Positions 46,601 through 54,064 of a stretch of 54,064 nt of DNA are shown here, one piece after another. This DNA is from Polyangiaceae bacterium. Lineage in GTDB: Bacteria > Myxococcota_A > Polyangia > Polyangiales > Polyangiaceae. The notes beneath the pieces are model-generated. The model was not told where the DNA came from, did no database searches, and saw only the letters and a list, made by a program, of their open reading frames with translations. The translations under genes and the position numbers were made by a program. How positions within the stretch are numbered: the stretch's first letter is position 1; each line of letters starts with the position of its first letter. The DNA is taken from contig JBGANF010000045.1 of assembly GCA_044222475.1 (NCBI GenBank), forward strand, positions 1 to 54,064, written 5' to 3'.

Positions 46601-47018
46601 CAGCGTCTCGCGCTCCGGATTCCTGGACGCCCTCGACGACGAACAGCGGATCGTGTTCGAGAACGCCCTCGCCGGTCTGTACAAGGTCGCCGGAGTGGAC
46701 CTCGTGCGCGAACGGGCGAGCGTGTGCCTCGGTGGCGCGCCCTACGACGTCGCCGACGAGGGCTTGCTGGTGTGGCCCGGTGGCACCTGGGCGGCCGAGG
46801 TGACCTACGACCTGCGTGGGCACGGCGTGCTCCGGCCCGTCCGAGAGGTCGGCGAGCCGCGCAGCAAGGACAAGCCGACGCTCGACGCTCACGACCTCTT
46901 GTACGGGACGGTGCCGATTCTCTGGACCGACTGGGTGGCCGCGTGGAAACCGGACTCGACGGTCCGGTTGATCTCCGGTCCATCGCTCTTGCCTCCTCGG
47001 CTACCCTCTGGATCGTGA
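43671..47018 (+). CDS. Large (~1115 aa) uncharacterised protein: helical N-region, central multi-TM region, C-terminal soluble domain
   Basis: Long ORF with typical codon bias; ~6-7 hydrophobic segments; motifs EPEINPIKHFPVVTV, GFLVWELKENW, HSGTLPK; GTG 43671 after TAGGCT. Confidence 0.8.
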   Translation: MPLPIEEIRRRIEATQSGVLLVPSRILRRVIKRHRQIPAGLDVPHASSYVVAKEELLAIASADELGSNALDLPAHVILLPRPEEEDTSDSQAVLVRLWRSAFHASIHRALEERIASGTVSPAAIRARVHRVGQTEVDEARLVLRQDDLLLSPHDAGAVYVELIATYLELLHFAPDQLARTFPALRDHQTMAEVIAPDVDALALLEKCRPEGTPPIAEIAARSRVETDEVIRGHGRPRAQSTPDVNPPPRRTVGDEPPEITRRAAKAERRGNLVRAMLIRARVGTRGEAGARNNLVALAKRLAKALEWPDAPVTDWANALYPLLPAAHARALPWNAEARLLYDLLRACVDHEREIFTVSVAEWALSLGERPIRRALPAQREVRVSKHLRSAIERIESVRLDDAPRGNLEALLETLASRAEDNTRRALRPRLRAALREVRLIAKNVPEEVSEHKMVEELIDHVVAHRFLSLGQLRDAISRNHIKLRTLRARELVFGDALLEVDRILSRSLDGVYRRAEIYVRGLQKLSSIMFGTVPGRLLVLYLLLPVVCAYVVLEGLHHVVGPLLAKIPHVPEPDFVSWPTIAISSAVIFTLIHSRNARFLAQEGLKGAAAILRFFLFRVPGWFWRRALVQAIVKSRPVQLLVRFFLKPLFVTAIASLVVPFLPIEQWVALCGVIGVFVLANVALNSRIGAMLEETATDWTVRTWQRLHRRIIPGLFALIVAFFRRMIELMDRAIYAVDEILRFRQGEGRATYFLKGGLGIVWFILTYAVRLYVNLLVEPEINPIKHFPVVTVAAKLMIPVTPLLHRAMSVPLTRLLGPFVGEAIAVSTVFVLPGFFGFLVWELKENWKIYEQNRARELGPVTIGHHGETMIALMRPGLHSGTLPKIYRKLRRASQSGKQALHEQREELGHVERAIRHFVEREIVGLLDRAKRWKGGHVVIGEIAMASNRIRIGLTCPSAGDAITEITFEEQSGLLLGSVSRSGFLDALDDEQRIVFENALAGLYKVAGVDLVRERASVCLGGAPYDVADEGLLVWPGGTWAAEVTYDLRGHGVLRPVREVGEPRSKDKPTLDAHDLLYGTVPILWTDWVAAWKPDSTVRLISGPSLLPPRLPSGS

Positions 47019-47025
47019 GGGGTTC

Positions 47026-50000
47026 ATGAGGCGCTTCGAGCTCACCGACGACAAGAGCAACAAGTTCTGGGAGATCGATCTCGACGGCACGTCGTTCACC
47101 GTGACGTTCGGGAAGATCGGAACGAACGGTCAGACCCAGACGAAATCCTTCGACAGCGCGAGCAAGGCGCAGGCGGAGCACGACAAGCTCGTCAAGGAGA
47201 AGACGAAGAAGGGCTACGTGGAGGTCGGTGGCGGCGACGCCGCACCCAAGAAGGCCGCCGCCCCGAAGGTCGCGCCGCCGGTCGCGGTTGCGCCAAAGGG
47301 TGAAGAGAAGAAGGTCGAAGCGCCCGCCGCGAAACCTCGGGCGGCCGTGGCCGGCGGAGTGGATTGGTCGCCCGAGGCCCTGCGCGAAGCCGCTCCGCGA
47401 CGCGGCTTCGACGTGATCCCGCTCCGCGCACCCGACGCCAAGTCGGCGTTCGCGAAGCTCTCGTCGGCGATGAAGAAGGCGACGAGCACCATCGACTCGG
47501 GCATGCAGATGAAGGGCGCCAACGCCGAGCTTGCCCGGCGCGTCCTCAGCGCCTTCAGCGGGGAGCTGAAGCGACCGCTCGAGCTCGACGTCCAGGCCGC
47601 GGCGTTCGCGCTCCTCGCGCCGAAGCTCGCCTACAACGACACCGCGCGCGAGGAGGAGTTCGTCGAGCTGTGGTGCGCCGCCGAAGGTCCGTCGTTCGCG
47701 CTCCGGGCCCTCGACGCGGCGGAGCGCGTCCACGTGAAGGCGAAGAACAAGGAGCACACCTACGATCTGGACCAACTCGGGATCTTGGATGCGGTGACGA
47801 CGATCGAGCAGAACTCCTGGTGGCGTGCCCGGACCTACGACTCGTGGCGAGCGCTCCGTCGCGGCGTGCTCGCCGCCGGCGACGCCGCCCGTCCAGCGTT
47901 GGAACGAGAGGCGAGCGCCATTCTCGACGCTCCCAGTGGGCGTACTCCAACCGCAGTGAACGCGTTCCGAGGCGCATTCGCTCTCGCATTCGAACGCTAC
48001 GACTGGATCGCGGCCGATGCCGCCGCGGACGCGCGCCCTGCGACGTGGATCCACGCCCGCGGCCTCCTCGCGCCGACGGTCGCGGAGGCGCTCACCGCGC
48101 TCGAGGGGACGTCGGGGCCGCACGCGATCTGGTATCTGCTCCAGAACCTGGAGCCGATTCGGTGGGATTTTCTCGCGGCCTTCGGCGCCGCCGTCGGGCC
48201 GGCGATGGTCCCCATCCTGACCCAGGGCGCCACCACCGGCGCGGATCGGTTGCGCTCGATCGCCGAGGTCCTCGCTCACGTCGTCGACGAGGACGTCGCG
48301 CGATTCTTCCTCTCCCAGCTGACATCGAAGGAGCTCCGCGCGATCGCGTCCGAGTACCTTCGGAGCCACCCGCCCGTCTCGGCGGCACTCCTCGCCGACG
48401 CCGCCGCGAAGAAGGGCCCCCTCGGCGACGCCGCGCGCTCGGTGCTCAAGCCGCTCGTCGCCGCAAACGATCCCGCGATCGCGACGGCCCGTTCCTCGTT
48501 GGGACCAGGGGCGATCGCCGTGCTCGACGCCCTTGCGCTCGACGCCGCGCCGAAGGTCGAGGCCAATCCCGACGAGCTGCCGCCAGTCCTCCGCGCACCC
48601 CCGTGGAAGGAGAAGCGCAAGGCCTCCGCGCCGAAGGAGATGTCACTGGCCGTCCCATCTTGGGACGAGAAGATCGCCTGGCGCGCGGGCGAGCAAGCGA
48701 AGCGAGCGAAAGCCGGCGAACGCTGGATGATGGTCGACGCGGACAAGGTCCAGCAGCACCTCGACGCGATCAAAAAGACGAACGCGGATGGCCTCGCCAC
48801 CACGAAGCCCTCGTACTCTCGCCAGAGCGCGGCGGTCTTTCTTCGCCTCCCGGAGAAGGAGCTCCTCGCGGTCCTCCCCGACGCGAAGCTCGAGCACTTC
48901 GGCTGGAGCTACTACGACGTCGCGGACGTCCTCGTCGCGCGCCACGGCCTCGCCGTTCTCGATGCGCTGCTGCGGTTCGCCGAGCGCGAGCCTTCGCACG
49001 TGGTGCGCGCCGTCGAGCGGGTCGACTCGCCGCGCGTCGCCCCGCTGATGGCCGAAGCGTTCTACCGCCTCAAGACCTTCCGCGACGTCGCCGGGGATTG
49101 GCTCGCGGCCTTCCCGACGGCGGCAACCGTCGGTCTCCTCCCGCTCGCGGTCGGAAAAGAGAAGCGGCCGCGCGCCATCGCCGAGAACGCGCTTCGGTTC
49201 GCCGCTTCACGCGGTCACCGCGACGCGATGCTCGCGGCCGCGAACGCGTGCGGAGCGGGCGCGCGCGAAGCGTTGGCCGAGATCCTCGACTTCGATCCGC
49301 TCCACGCGCTCCCCGCCAAGATCCCGGCGCTCCCGAGCTGGTGGTCGGCGGGCGCGTTCAGCCGACCGCTCCTCCGCGGGCGCGAGAAGGCCATCCCGCT
49401 CGCCGCAGTGGACACGCTCGGCACCGCGCTCGCCTTGTCCACCCTCGAGGATCCCTATGCCGGCGTCGTCCAAGTGAAGGAGGCGTGCGATCCGCGGTCG
49501 CTCGCGGACTTCGCGTGGGATCTGTTCCAGGCGTGGCTCGTCGCCGGCGCGTCGTCGAAAGAAGCCTGGGCGTTCCAAGCCCTCGGTCACCTCGGAGACG
49601 ACGAGTGCGCGCGCCGCCTCACGCCGCTCGTTCGCGTGTGGCCGGGAGAGGCCGCTCACGCTCGTGCGGTCGTCGGTCTCGACGTACTGGCGCGCATCGG
49701 CACCGACGTCGCGTTGATGCACCTGCATGGCATCGCGCAGAAGCTCAAGTTCAAGGGTCTCCAAGAGAAGGCCCGCGAGAAGATCGACGAGATCGCCGAA
49801 GCCCGCGGGCTGACCGCCGAAGAGCTCGGGGATCGACTGGTGCCCGACCTCGGCCTCGACGACGACGGCTCGCTCCGCCTCGACTTCGGTCCGCGCGCGT
49901 TCCGCGTGCGCTTCGACGAGACGTTGAAGCCCTTCGTGATCGACGACGACGGAAAGCGCATCCCCGACCTCCCGAAGGCCAAGGCGAGCGACGACGCGGA

Positions 50001-50757
50001 GAAGGCCAAGGCCGCGACCGAGACGTGGAAGGCGCTCAAGAAGGACGCGAAGACGATCGCGCAAGCGCAGCTCCTTCGTCTCGAGCTCGCGATGTGCAGC
50101 GAGCGACGGTGGGCCGAGGACGTGTTCCGGCCGTTCCTCCTCGAGCACCCGCTGCTCGTCCACCTCGTGCGAAGGCTCGTGTGGGGTGCCTACGATCCCA
50201 AGAGCGGCGCGCTCCGCGCGAGCTTCCGCGTCGCCGAGGACTCGAGCTTCGCCGACGAGAAGGATGCTCCCTTCTCGCTACCCGACGGCTCGTCGATCGG
50301 GATCGTGCACCGACTCGCGCTCGACGATCGCACCGCGGCCGCGTGGGGACAGGTGCTCTCCGACTACGAGCTCATCCAACCGTTCGAGCAGCTCGCGCGC
50401 AGCATCATCCGACCGGACGACGCCGAAGCGAAGGCGACCGCGCTCACCCGGGTGAAGGGTCTCAAGGTCCCGACCGGCAAGGTGCTCGGCCTCGACGCGA
50501 ACGGGTGGCGCCGCGGCCCGCCGCAAGACGCGGGCGTGGTGTGCTGGTACGAGAAGCCGATCGCCGACGGGCTCATCGTCAGCATGGATCTCGATCCGGG
50601 GATTTTCACCGGGATGGTGAGCGAGTCACCCGAGCAGACGCTCGGCGAGGTGACGCTCACCAAAGACGGCTACCAGAAATCGGGCGCCACCTTCGGCGAG
50701 CTCGGGGCGATCGTTTTCAGCGAGCTCGCCCGCGATCTGGACTCGCTGCGCGCATGA
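47026..50757 (+). CDS. WGR + DUF4132 domain protein (MolR/YehI-like)
   Basis: N-terminal SNKFWEI..FGKIGTNGQ..EKTKKGY (WGR); C-terminal GLTAEELGDRLVPDLGL, RLELAM..RRW, HPLL, RLVWG, W..LSDYELIQPFEQL (DUF4132). Confidence 0.92.
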   Translation: MRRFELTDDKSNKFWEIDLDGTSFTVTFGKIGTNGQTQTKSFDSASKAQAEHDKLVKEKTKKGYVEVGGGDAAPKKAAAPKVAPPVAVAPKGEEKKVEAPAAKPRAAVAGGVDWSPEALREAAPRRGFDVIPLRAPDAKSAFAKLSSAMKKATSTIDSGMQMKGANAELARRVLSAFSGELKRPLELDVQAAAFALLAPKLAYNDTAREEEFVELWCAAEGPSFALRALDAAERVHVKAKNKEHTYDLDQLGILDAVTTIEQNSWWRARTYDSWRALRRGVLAAGDAARPALEREASAILDAPSGRTPTAVNAFRGAFALAFERYDWIAADAAADARPATWIHARGLLAPTVAEALTALEGTSGPHAIWYLLQNLEPIRWDFLAAFGAAVGPAMVPILTQGATTGADRLRSIAEVLAHVVDEDVARFFLSQLTSKELRAIASEYLRSHPPVSAALLADAAAKKGPLGDAARSVLKPLVAANDPAIATARSSLGPGAIAVLDALALDAAPKVEANPDELPPVLRAPPWKEKRKASAPKEMSLAVPSWDEKIAWRAGEQAKRAKAGERWMMVDADKVQQHLDAIKKTNADGLATTKPSYSRQSAAVFLRLPEKELLAVLPDAKLEHFGWSYYDVADVLVARHGLAVLDALLRFAEREPSHVVRAVERVDSPRVAPLMAEAFYRLKTFRDVAGDWLAAFPTAATVGLLPLAVGKEKRPRAIAENALRFAASRGHRDAMLAAANACGAGAREALAEILDFDPLHALPAKIPALPSWWSAGAFSRPLLRGREKAIPLAAVDTLGTALALSTLEDPYAGVVQVKEACDPRSLADFAWDLFQAWLVAGASSKEAWAFQALGHLGDDECARRLTPLVRVWPGEAAHARAVVGLDVLARIGTDVALMHLHGIAQKLKFKGLQEKAREKIDEIAEARGLTAEELGDRLVPDLGLDDDGSLRLDFGPRAFRVRFDETLKPFVIDDDGKRIPDLPKAKASDDAEKAKAATETWKALKKDAKTIAQAQLLRLELAMCSERRWAEDVFRPFLLEHPLLVHLVRRLVWGAYDPKSGALRASFRVAEDSSFADEKDAPFSLPDGSSIGIVHRLALDDRTAAAWGQVLSDYELIQPFEQLARSIIRPDDAEAKATALTRVKGLKVPTGKVLGLDANGWRRGPPQDAGVVCWYEKPIADGLIVSMDLDPGIFTGMVSESPEQTLGEVTLTKDGYQKSGATFGELGAIVFSELARDLDSLRA

Positions 50758-50771
50758 TGTACACTGTAAAT

Positions 50772-51518
50772 ATGACTCGTTCCTCCCTTGTCTTGTTCTC
50801 GCTCGCGCTCTTCGCCTGCAGCAGCCCCACCTCGACGTTCACGCTCACTCCCGACGGCGGTGACGCTGCAAGCGACGTCGAGGTCGACTCTCCGGTGATC
50901 ACGCTCCCCGACGCCAGCGACGACGTCGCGCCACCCGTCCCACTCGGGGACGTCGAAGCGGTCGTCACGTGCGACAACGCGTACGGCTTCGGATGGGGCG
51001 ACGTGAACAAGCTCGACACGTACAACACCGCTCCCGCTTCGGTCACCGCGGGTGACATCTTCAACTGCGGCGCCGGGCCGGAGGGCTACACGATCCCCGC
51101 CGCGCAAGCGCCCGCGGCGGCGTACCTGTACGGGATCGACTTCGACTCGAGCCAGCCGTCGCAGAAGGCCGGGCCGACGCTGCAGCAGATCAACACGGAG
51201 ATCTCCACGTGCAACGCGGGCACCGGGAACAAGTCGACGTCGAGCGGCGGTTGGGTGAACCCCCTAGGCGCAGTCACCGCCGGCGCCGTCGGGAAGCTCG
51301 CCATCGGGCAGGACAACACGAAGGCGTACAACCCTGACTTTCCGATCATCTGCCAGAGCGGCGGGCCGAACCCCGGCGTCGACTCCCAAGCGCGTTGGAT
51401 GTGGTACACGGCGAGCGGCAACAGCGCTGGTGCGTTCAAGTTCACGTCGCTGACCGAGTCGCGACCCTTCCTGATCTTTCGGCTCGCCGCGAAGAGCCTC
51501 CCGCCGCCGCCGAACTGA
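50772..51518 (+). CDS. Hypothetical lipoprotein
   Basis: LALFA-C lipobox; TCDNAYGFGWG, ARWMWY, FLIFRL; TACACT 6 nt before ATG. Confidence 0.72.
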   Translation: MTRSSLVLFSLALFACSSPTSTFTLTPDGGDAASDVEVDSPVITLPDASDDVAPPVPLGDVEAVVTCDNAYGFGWGDVNKLDTYNTAPASVTAGDIFNCGAGPEGYTIPAAQAPAAAYLYGIDFDSSQPSQKAGPTLQQINTEISTCNAGTGNKSTSSGGWVNPLGAVTAGAVGKLAIGQDNTKAYNPDFPIICQSGGPNPGVDSQARWMWYTASGNSAGAFKFTSLTESRPFLIFRLAAKSLPPPPN

Positions 51519-51592
51519 GCCCCGAAAAATCGTTCGCCCGACCGTAGGGGTCCCGCCCCAGCCAGCGTCTCATCGGCAAGGAGACACGGATC

Positions 51593-52060
51593 ATGCGAAA
51601 GATGACGATTGTCGGTGGTGCGTTTGCAACGTTGGCCCTCATGGTGGCGAGCAGCTTGGCGTTCGCCCAGACCGCTCCGGCGGCCACGGCGCCACGGCAC
51701 GATCCGGCGGCCATGGTTCAGCGGTTCGACGCGAACAAGGACGGCAAGCTTCAGCTGACCGAGCTGCCGGATCGCCTGCGCACCAAGCTCGTCGGCGCCG
51801 ACACCAACAAGGACGGCGTGCTGGGCGTCGACGAGATCAACGCGTTCCGCGCCGCGCAGATGAAGGCGCGTTTCGATCGCGCCGACGCGAACAAGGACGG
51901 CGCGATCGACGCGAGCGAAGCCGGCCAGCGCTGGGCGCGCATCCAGCCCGCCGACGCGAACCGAGACGGCAAGATCACGCTGCCGGAGCTCCAGGCTGCC
52001 CACGCCGCCGGCCTCGTCCACGGCGGCGGACACCGCGGCGGCCACCGCGGCCGGCGCTGA
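51593..52060 (+). CDS. Secreted EF-hand calcium-binding protein (4 EF-hands)
   Basis: DANKDGKL, DTNKDGVL, DANKDGAI, DANRDGKI; signal peptide AFA; AGGAG RBS. Confidence 0.9.
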   Translation: MRKMTIVGGAFATLALMVASSLAFAQTAPAATAPRHDPAAMVQRFDANKDGKLQLTELPDRLRTKLVGADTNKDGVLGVDEINAFRAAQMKARFDRADANKDGAIDASEAGQRWARIQPADANRDGKITLPELQAAHAAGLVHGGGHRGGHRGRR

Positions 52061-52067
52061 AGACTGC

Positions 52068-52916
52068 CTAACGCGCGCGCGGCGTGAGCTCGACGAGCAA
52101 GGTCCAGTGCGGGTCGGTTGCAGTCCCCTTGGTGGAGATTGCGACGTCGTCGAACACGCCGAGCGCGAGCAGGCGCTCGCGTGCCGTGCGGAGCAGCCCC
52201 TCGCTGAATAGCGACCCCTCAGGGAAGTCCAGCGCACGCCGCACCTCCGCCCGCGGGACGTCGTCCGCCCCGGTGATCACGACGTGATCGAGCGTGACGC
52301 GCGGACCGCGTGAAATCGGGACGGTCACGTCGATGATCGAGCGATCCCTGTCGAGGTGAACCTGCGGCTCGACCTCGACCAACGGGTAGCCAAGATCGCG
52401 ATGCATGCGCCGAATCACCTCGAGGTCGTCGGCGAGCGTCTGGCGATTGAACCACTCGCCGTCCCGCGCGCGCATGCGCCCTCGCAACGACGAACCGCCT
52501 ACGGACGCGCCGGCCCCGTCCGTGTCCACCTCGTGGACCTCGATCCTGCCGATCCGATACCGGCGCCCCTCTTGGATTCGAAAGCGCACGATCGAGTCGG
52601 CGCCGTCGGCAGAGGCTTCGACCGTGGGCGGAGCGACGGTCGCGTCGACGTACCCGCGGTCGTAGTAGGCCGCGTGAAGGAGCAGCACGTCTCGCTCCAG
52701 CACGTCCTCCGGATACGGTCCCGAAGCGGGGAAGTGAAGGACCGCGAGGAGGTCGTCCCGCGACACGTCGTGGTTCCCCTCGAAGACGACACGCGCCTCG
52801 CCCGCTCGTGCCACTTGTCTTTGCGTCCCGGCGGGCGCGGCCAGCGTCACACTCGAAGGTCGCGTCCCGCCGCACGCCACTAGGGCGAGAGCGAGGGCAG
52901 CGAGCACGCGCTTCAT
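52068..52916 (-). CDS. POTRA-domain lipoprotein (BamA-like POTRAs, no beta-barrel)
   Basis: LALVA-C; FEGN..., YYDRGYVDA, IQEGRRYRI, RDLGYP, RLLALGVFDDV; three POTRA-like units. Confidence 0.8.
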   Translation of the reverse strand: MKRVLAALALALVACGGTRPSSVTLAAPAGTQRQVARAGEARVVFEGNHDVSRDDLLAVLHFPASGPYPEDVLERDVLLLHAAYYDRGYVDATVAPPTVEASADGADSIVRFRIQEGRRYRIGRIEVHEVDTDGAGASVGGSSLRGRMRARDGEWFNRQTLADDLEVIRRMHRDLGYPLVEVEPQVHLDRDRSIIDVTVPISRGPRVTLDHVVITGADDVPRAEVRRALDFPEGSLFSEGLLRTARERLLALGVFDDVAISTKGTATDPHWTLLVELTPRAR

Positions 52917-52960
52917 CGCTGGATCTACGCGGGAGCGAGTCGGAGTCTTCCTCGTCGCGG

Positions 52961-54064
52961 TCAGCCCGCCTCGACCGTCACCGGGACGCCGCTGAACGCG
53001 GCCGTCCCGGTGAGGCCGTCGAGGAACGTCTCGTCGGTGACGTCGTTGACGCTGACGCCGGAGCGCTCGCGGGCGACGCGGAGACTCGCGCGGGCGTGGC
53101 CCCACCCGTGAGGCAGGCTCACGACGCCGACCGCGACCTCGTCGGAGATCTCGATCGGAACTCGTACCATTCCGGTACGAGAGCGGAGCACGACCTCTTG
53201 TCCGTCGCGGACGCCGCGAGACTGGGCGTCCTTGGGATGGATGAGGAGCGTGCAGCCGAGCGGGCCCTTGGTGAGCCGCTCGCTGTTGTGCATCCACGAG
53301 TTGTTGCTCCGCAAGCTGCGCCGGCCGATGAGGCGTAGCTGCCCCTTCGGGGATTCGCTCGCGAGCGACGACTTCAGCCGCGCGAGGTCGTCGAGGAACA
53401 CCCGCGGAGCGACCTGGATCGCGCGACCGCCGAGGAAATCGTCGAGCCGGGGCTCGAGCGCTCCGAGGTCGACTCCGTGTGGATTCTCGCCGAGCTTCTT
53501 CAGAGACAGTCGATGCGGCCCGGTCCGGAGGAGACCGTCCAGGAGCCGGCGCGCTCCAGCGGTGCGAGCGGCGCGCAGGACCATCTGAGCGCCGAGCGCT
53601 TTCGCCCCGCGACGACGCTTCACGACGCGCAGCGCGAGGTCGCTCAAGATGTCGAAGTCGTCGCGGGTGTCACCGCGCTTCGGGAACACGGGCGGCGCGT
53701 AGCGTGCGACGTTCCGAACGGCGAACGCGTAGAGCACCATGTCGTAGTGGTCGCGCTCGAGACCGAAGGTCGGCGGAAGGATGATGTCCGCGTGGCGCGT
53801 GGTCTCGTTCTTGTAGATGTCGACCGAGACCATGAAATCGAGCTTGGGGAGGGCGGCGTCCAGCGCAGCGCCGTTCGGGATGCTGAGCACCGGGTTGCCG
53901 GCCATCGTGACGAGCGAGCGGATGCGCTTCTTGCCTTCGGTGGTGATCTCCTCCGCGAGGACCGCGACCGGGAGCTCGCCGCCGAACTCGGGGAGGTTGC
54001 GCACCCGAGACCGGAATCGCCCGAAGCTTCCCCGCAATCCGGCGCGGTTCGCGAGCGCGACGAG
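52961..54064 (-). CDS. Molybdopterin-dependent oxidoreductase, C-terminal part (5' end outside window)
   Basis: AGNPVLS.PNG, VDIYKNETTRHADIILP, RSNNSWMHN, IHPKDA, SLPHGWG, VNDVTD...GVPV. Confidence 0.9.
   Translation of the reverse strand, partial: LVALANRAGLRGSFGRFRSRVRNLPEFGGELPVAVLAEEITTEGKKRIRSLVTMAGNPVLSIPNGAALDAALPKLDFMVSVDIYKNETTRHADIILPPTFGLERDHYDMVLYAFAVRNVARYAPPVFPKRGDTRDDFDILSDLALRVVKRRRGAKALGAQMVLRAARTAGARRLLDGLLRTGPHRLSLKKLGENPHGVDLGALEPRLDDFLGGRAIQVAPRVFLDDLARLKSSLASESPKGQLRLIGRRSLRSNNSWMHNSERLTKGPLGCTLLIHPKDAQSRGVRDGQEVVLRSRTGMVRVPIEISDEVAVGVVSLPHGWGHARASLRVARERSGVSVNDVTDETFLDGLTGTAAFSGVPVTVEAG

Noticed and set aside
1..54064. tRNA, rRNA or riboswitch genes
   Set aside because: Intergenic gaps are short and I recognised no cloverleaf or known RNA motif by eye; an Infernal/tRNAscan run would be needed to exclude them formally

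Overview
GC-rich, gene-dense (~48 CDS) bacterial chromosomal segment. The gene content points to a myxobacterium of the Polyangiaceae/Sorangiineae type: a MYXO-CTERM protein, five Hanks-type Ser/Thr kinases, TPR/PEGA proteins and many Cys-rich lipoproteins. This taxonomic call is inference from gene content. I found no rRNA, tRNA, CRISPR array, integrase or transposase. Recognisable metabolic genes are the 3' end of a WS/DGAT, pruA (P5C dehydrogenase), two methyltransferases, a PAP2/IPC-synthase-like enzyme, a SagB-type nitroreductase and a partial molybdopterin oxidoreductase. The best candidates for under-described systems are: (1) two repeated 'membrane kinase - TPR/PEGA - variable lipoprotein' cassettes, each near one of an inverted pair of paralogous soluble DLG kinases, with a triple-FHA ABC exporter in the same window; (2) a sulfur operon sqr - DUF1641/TusE fusion - dsrE2 with a sigma54-type promoter and tandem palindromic enhancer-like sites; (3) a ~1115-aa membrane protein coupled to an orphan WGR-DUF4132 gene; (4) an exported DUF362-CBM9 fusion. 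Non-coding structure includes a 35-bp-arm hairpin element with 9-bp periodicity, a 114-bp direct repeat duplicating the 5' end of a DUF1993 gene around ~1 kb of cargo, a 73-bp frameshifting tandem duplication, and a TANNNT hexamer 6-7 nt before at least nine start codons (suggesting leaderless mRNAs). Several lesions (frameshifts, apparent internal deletions) could be real decay or read/assembly errors. All family names come from motif recognition by eye, not from database searches.
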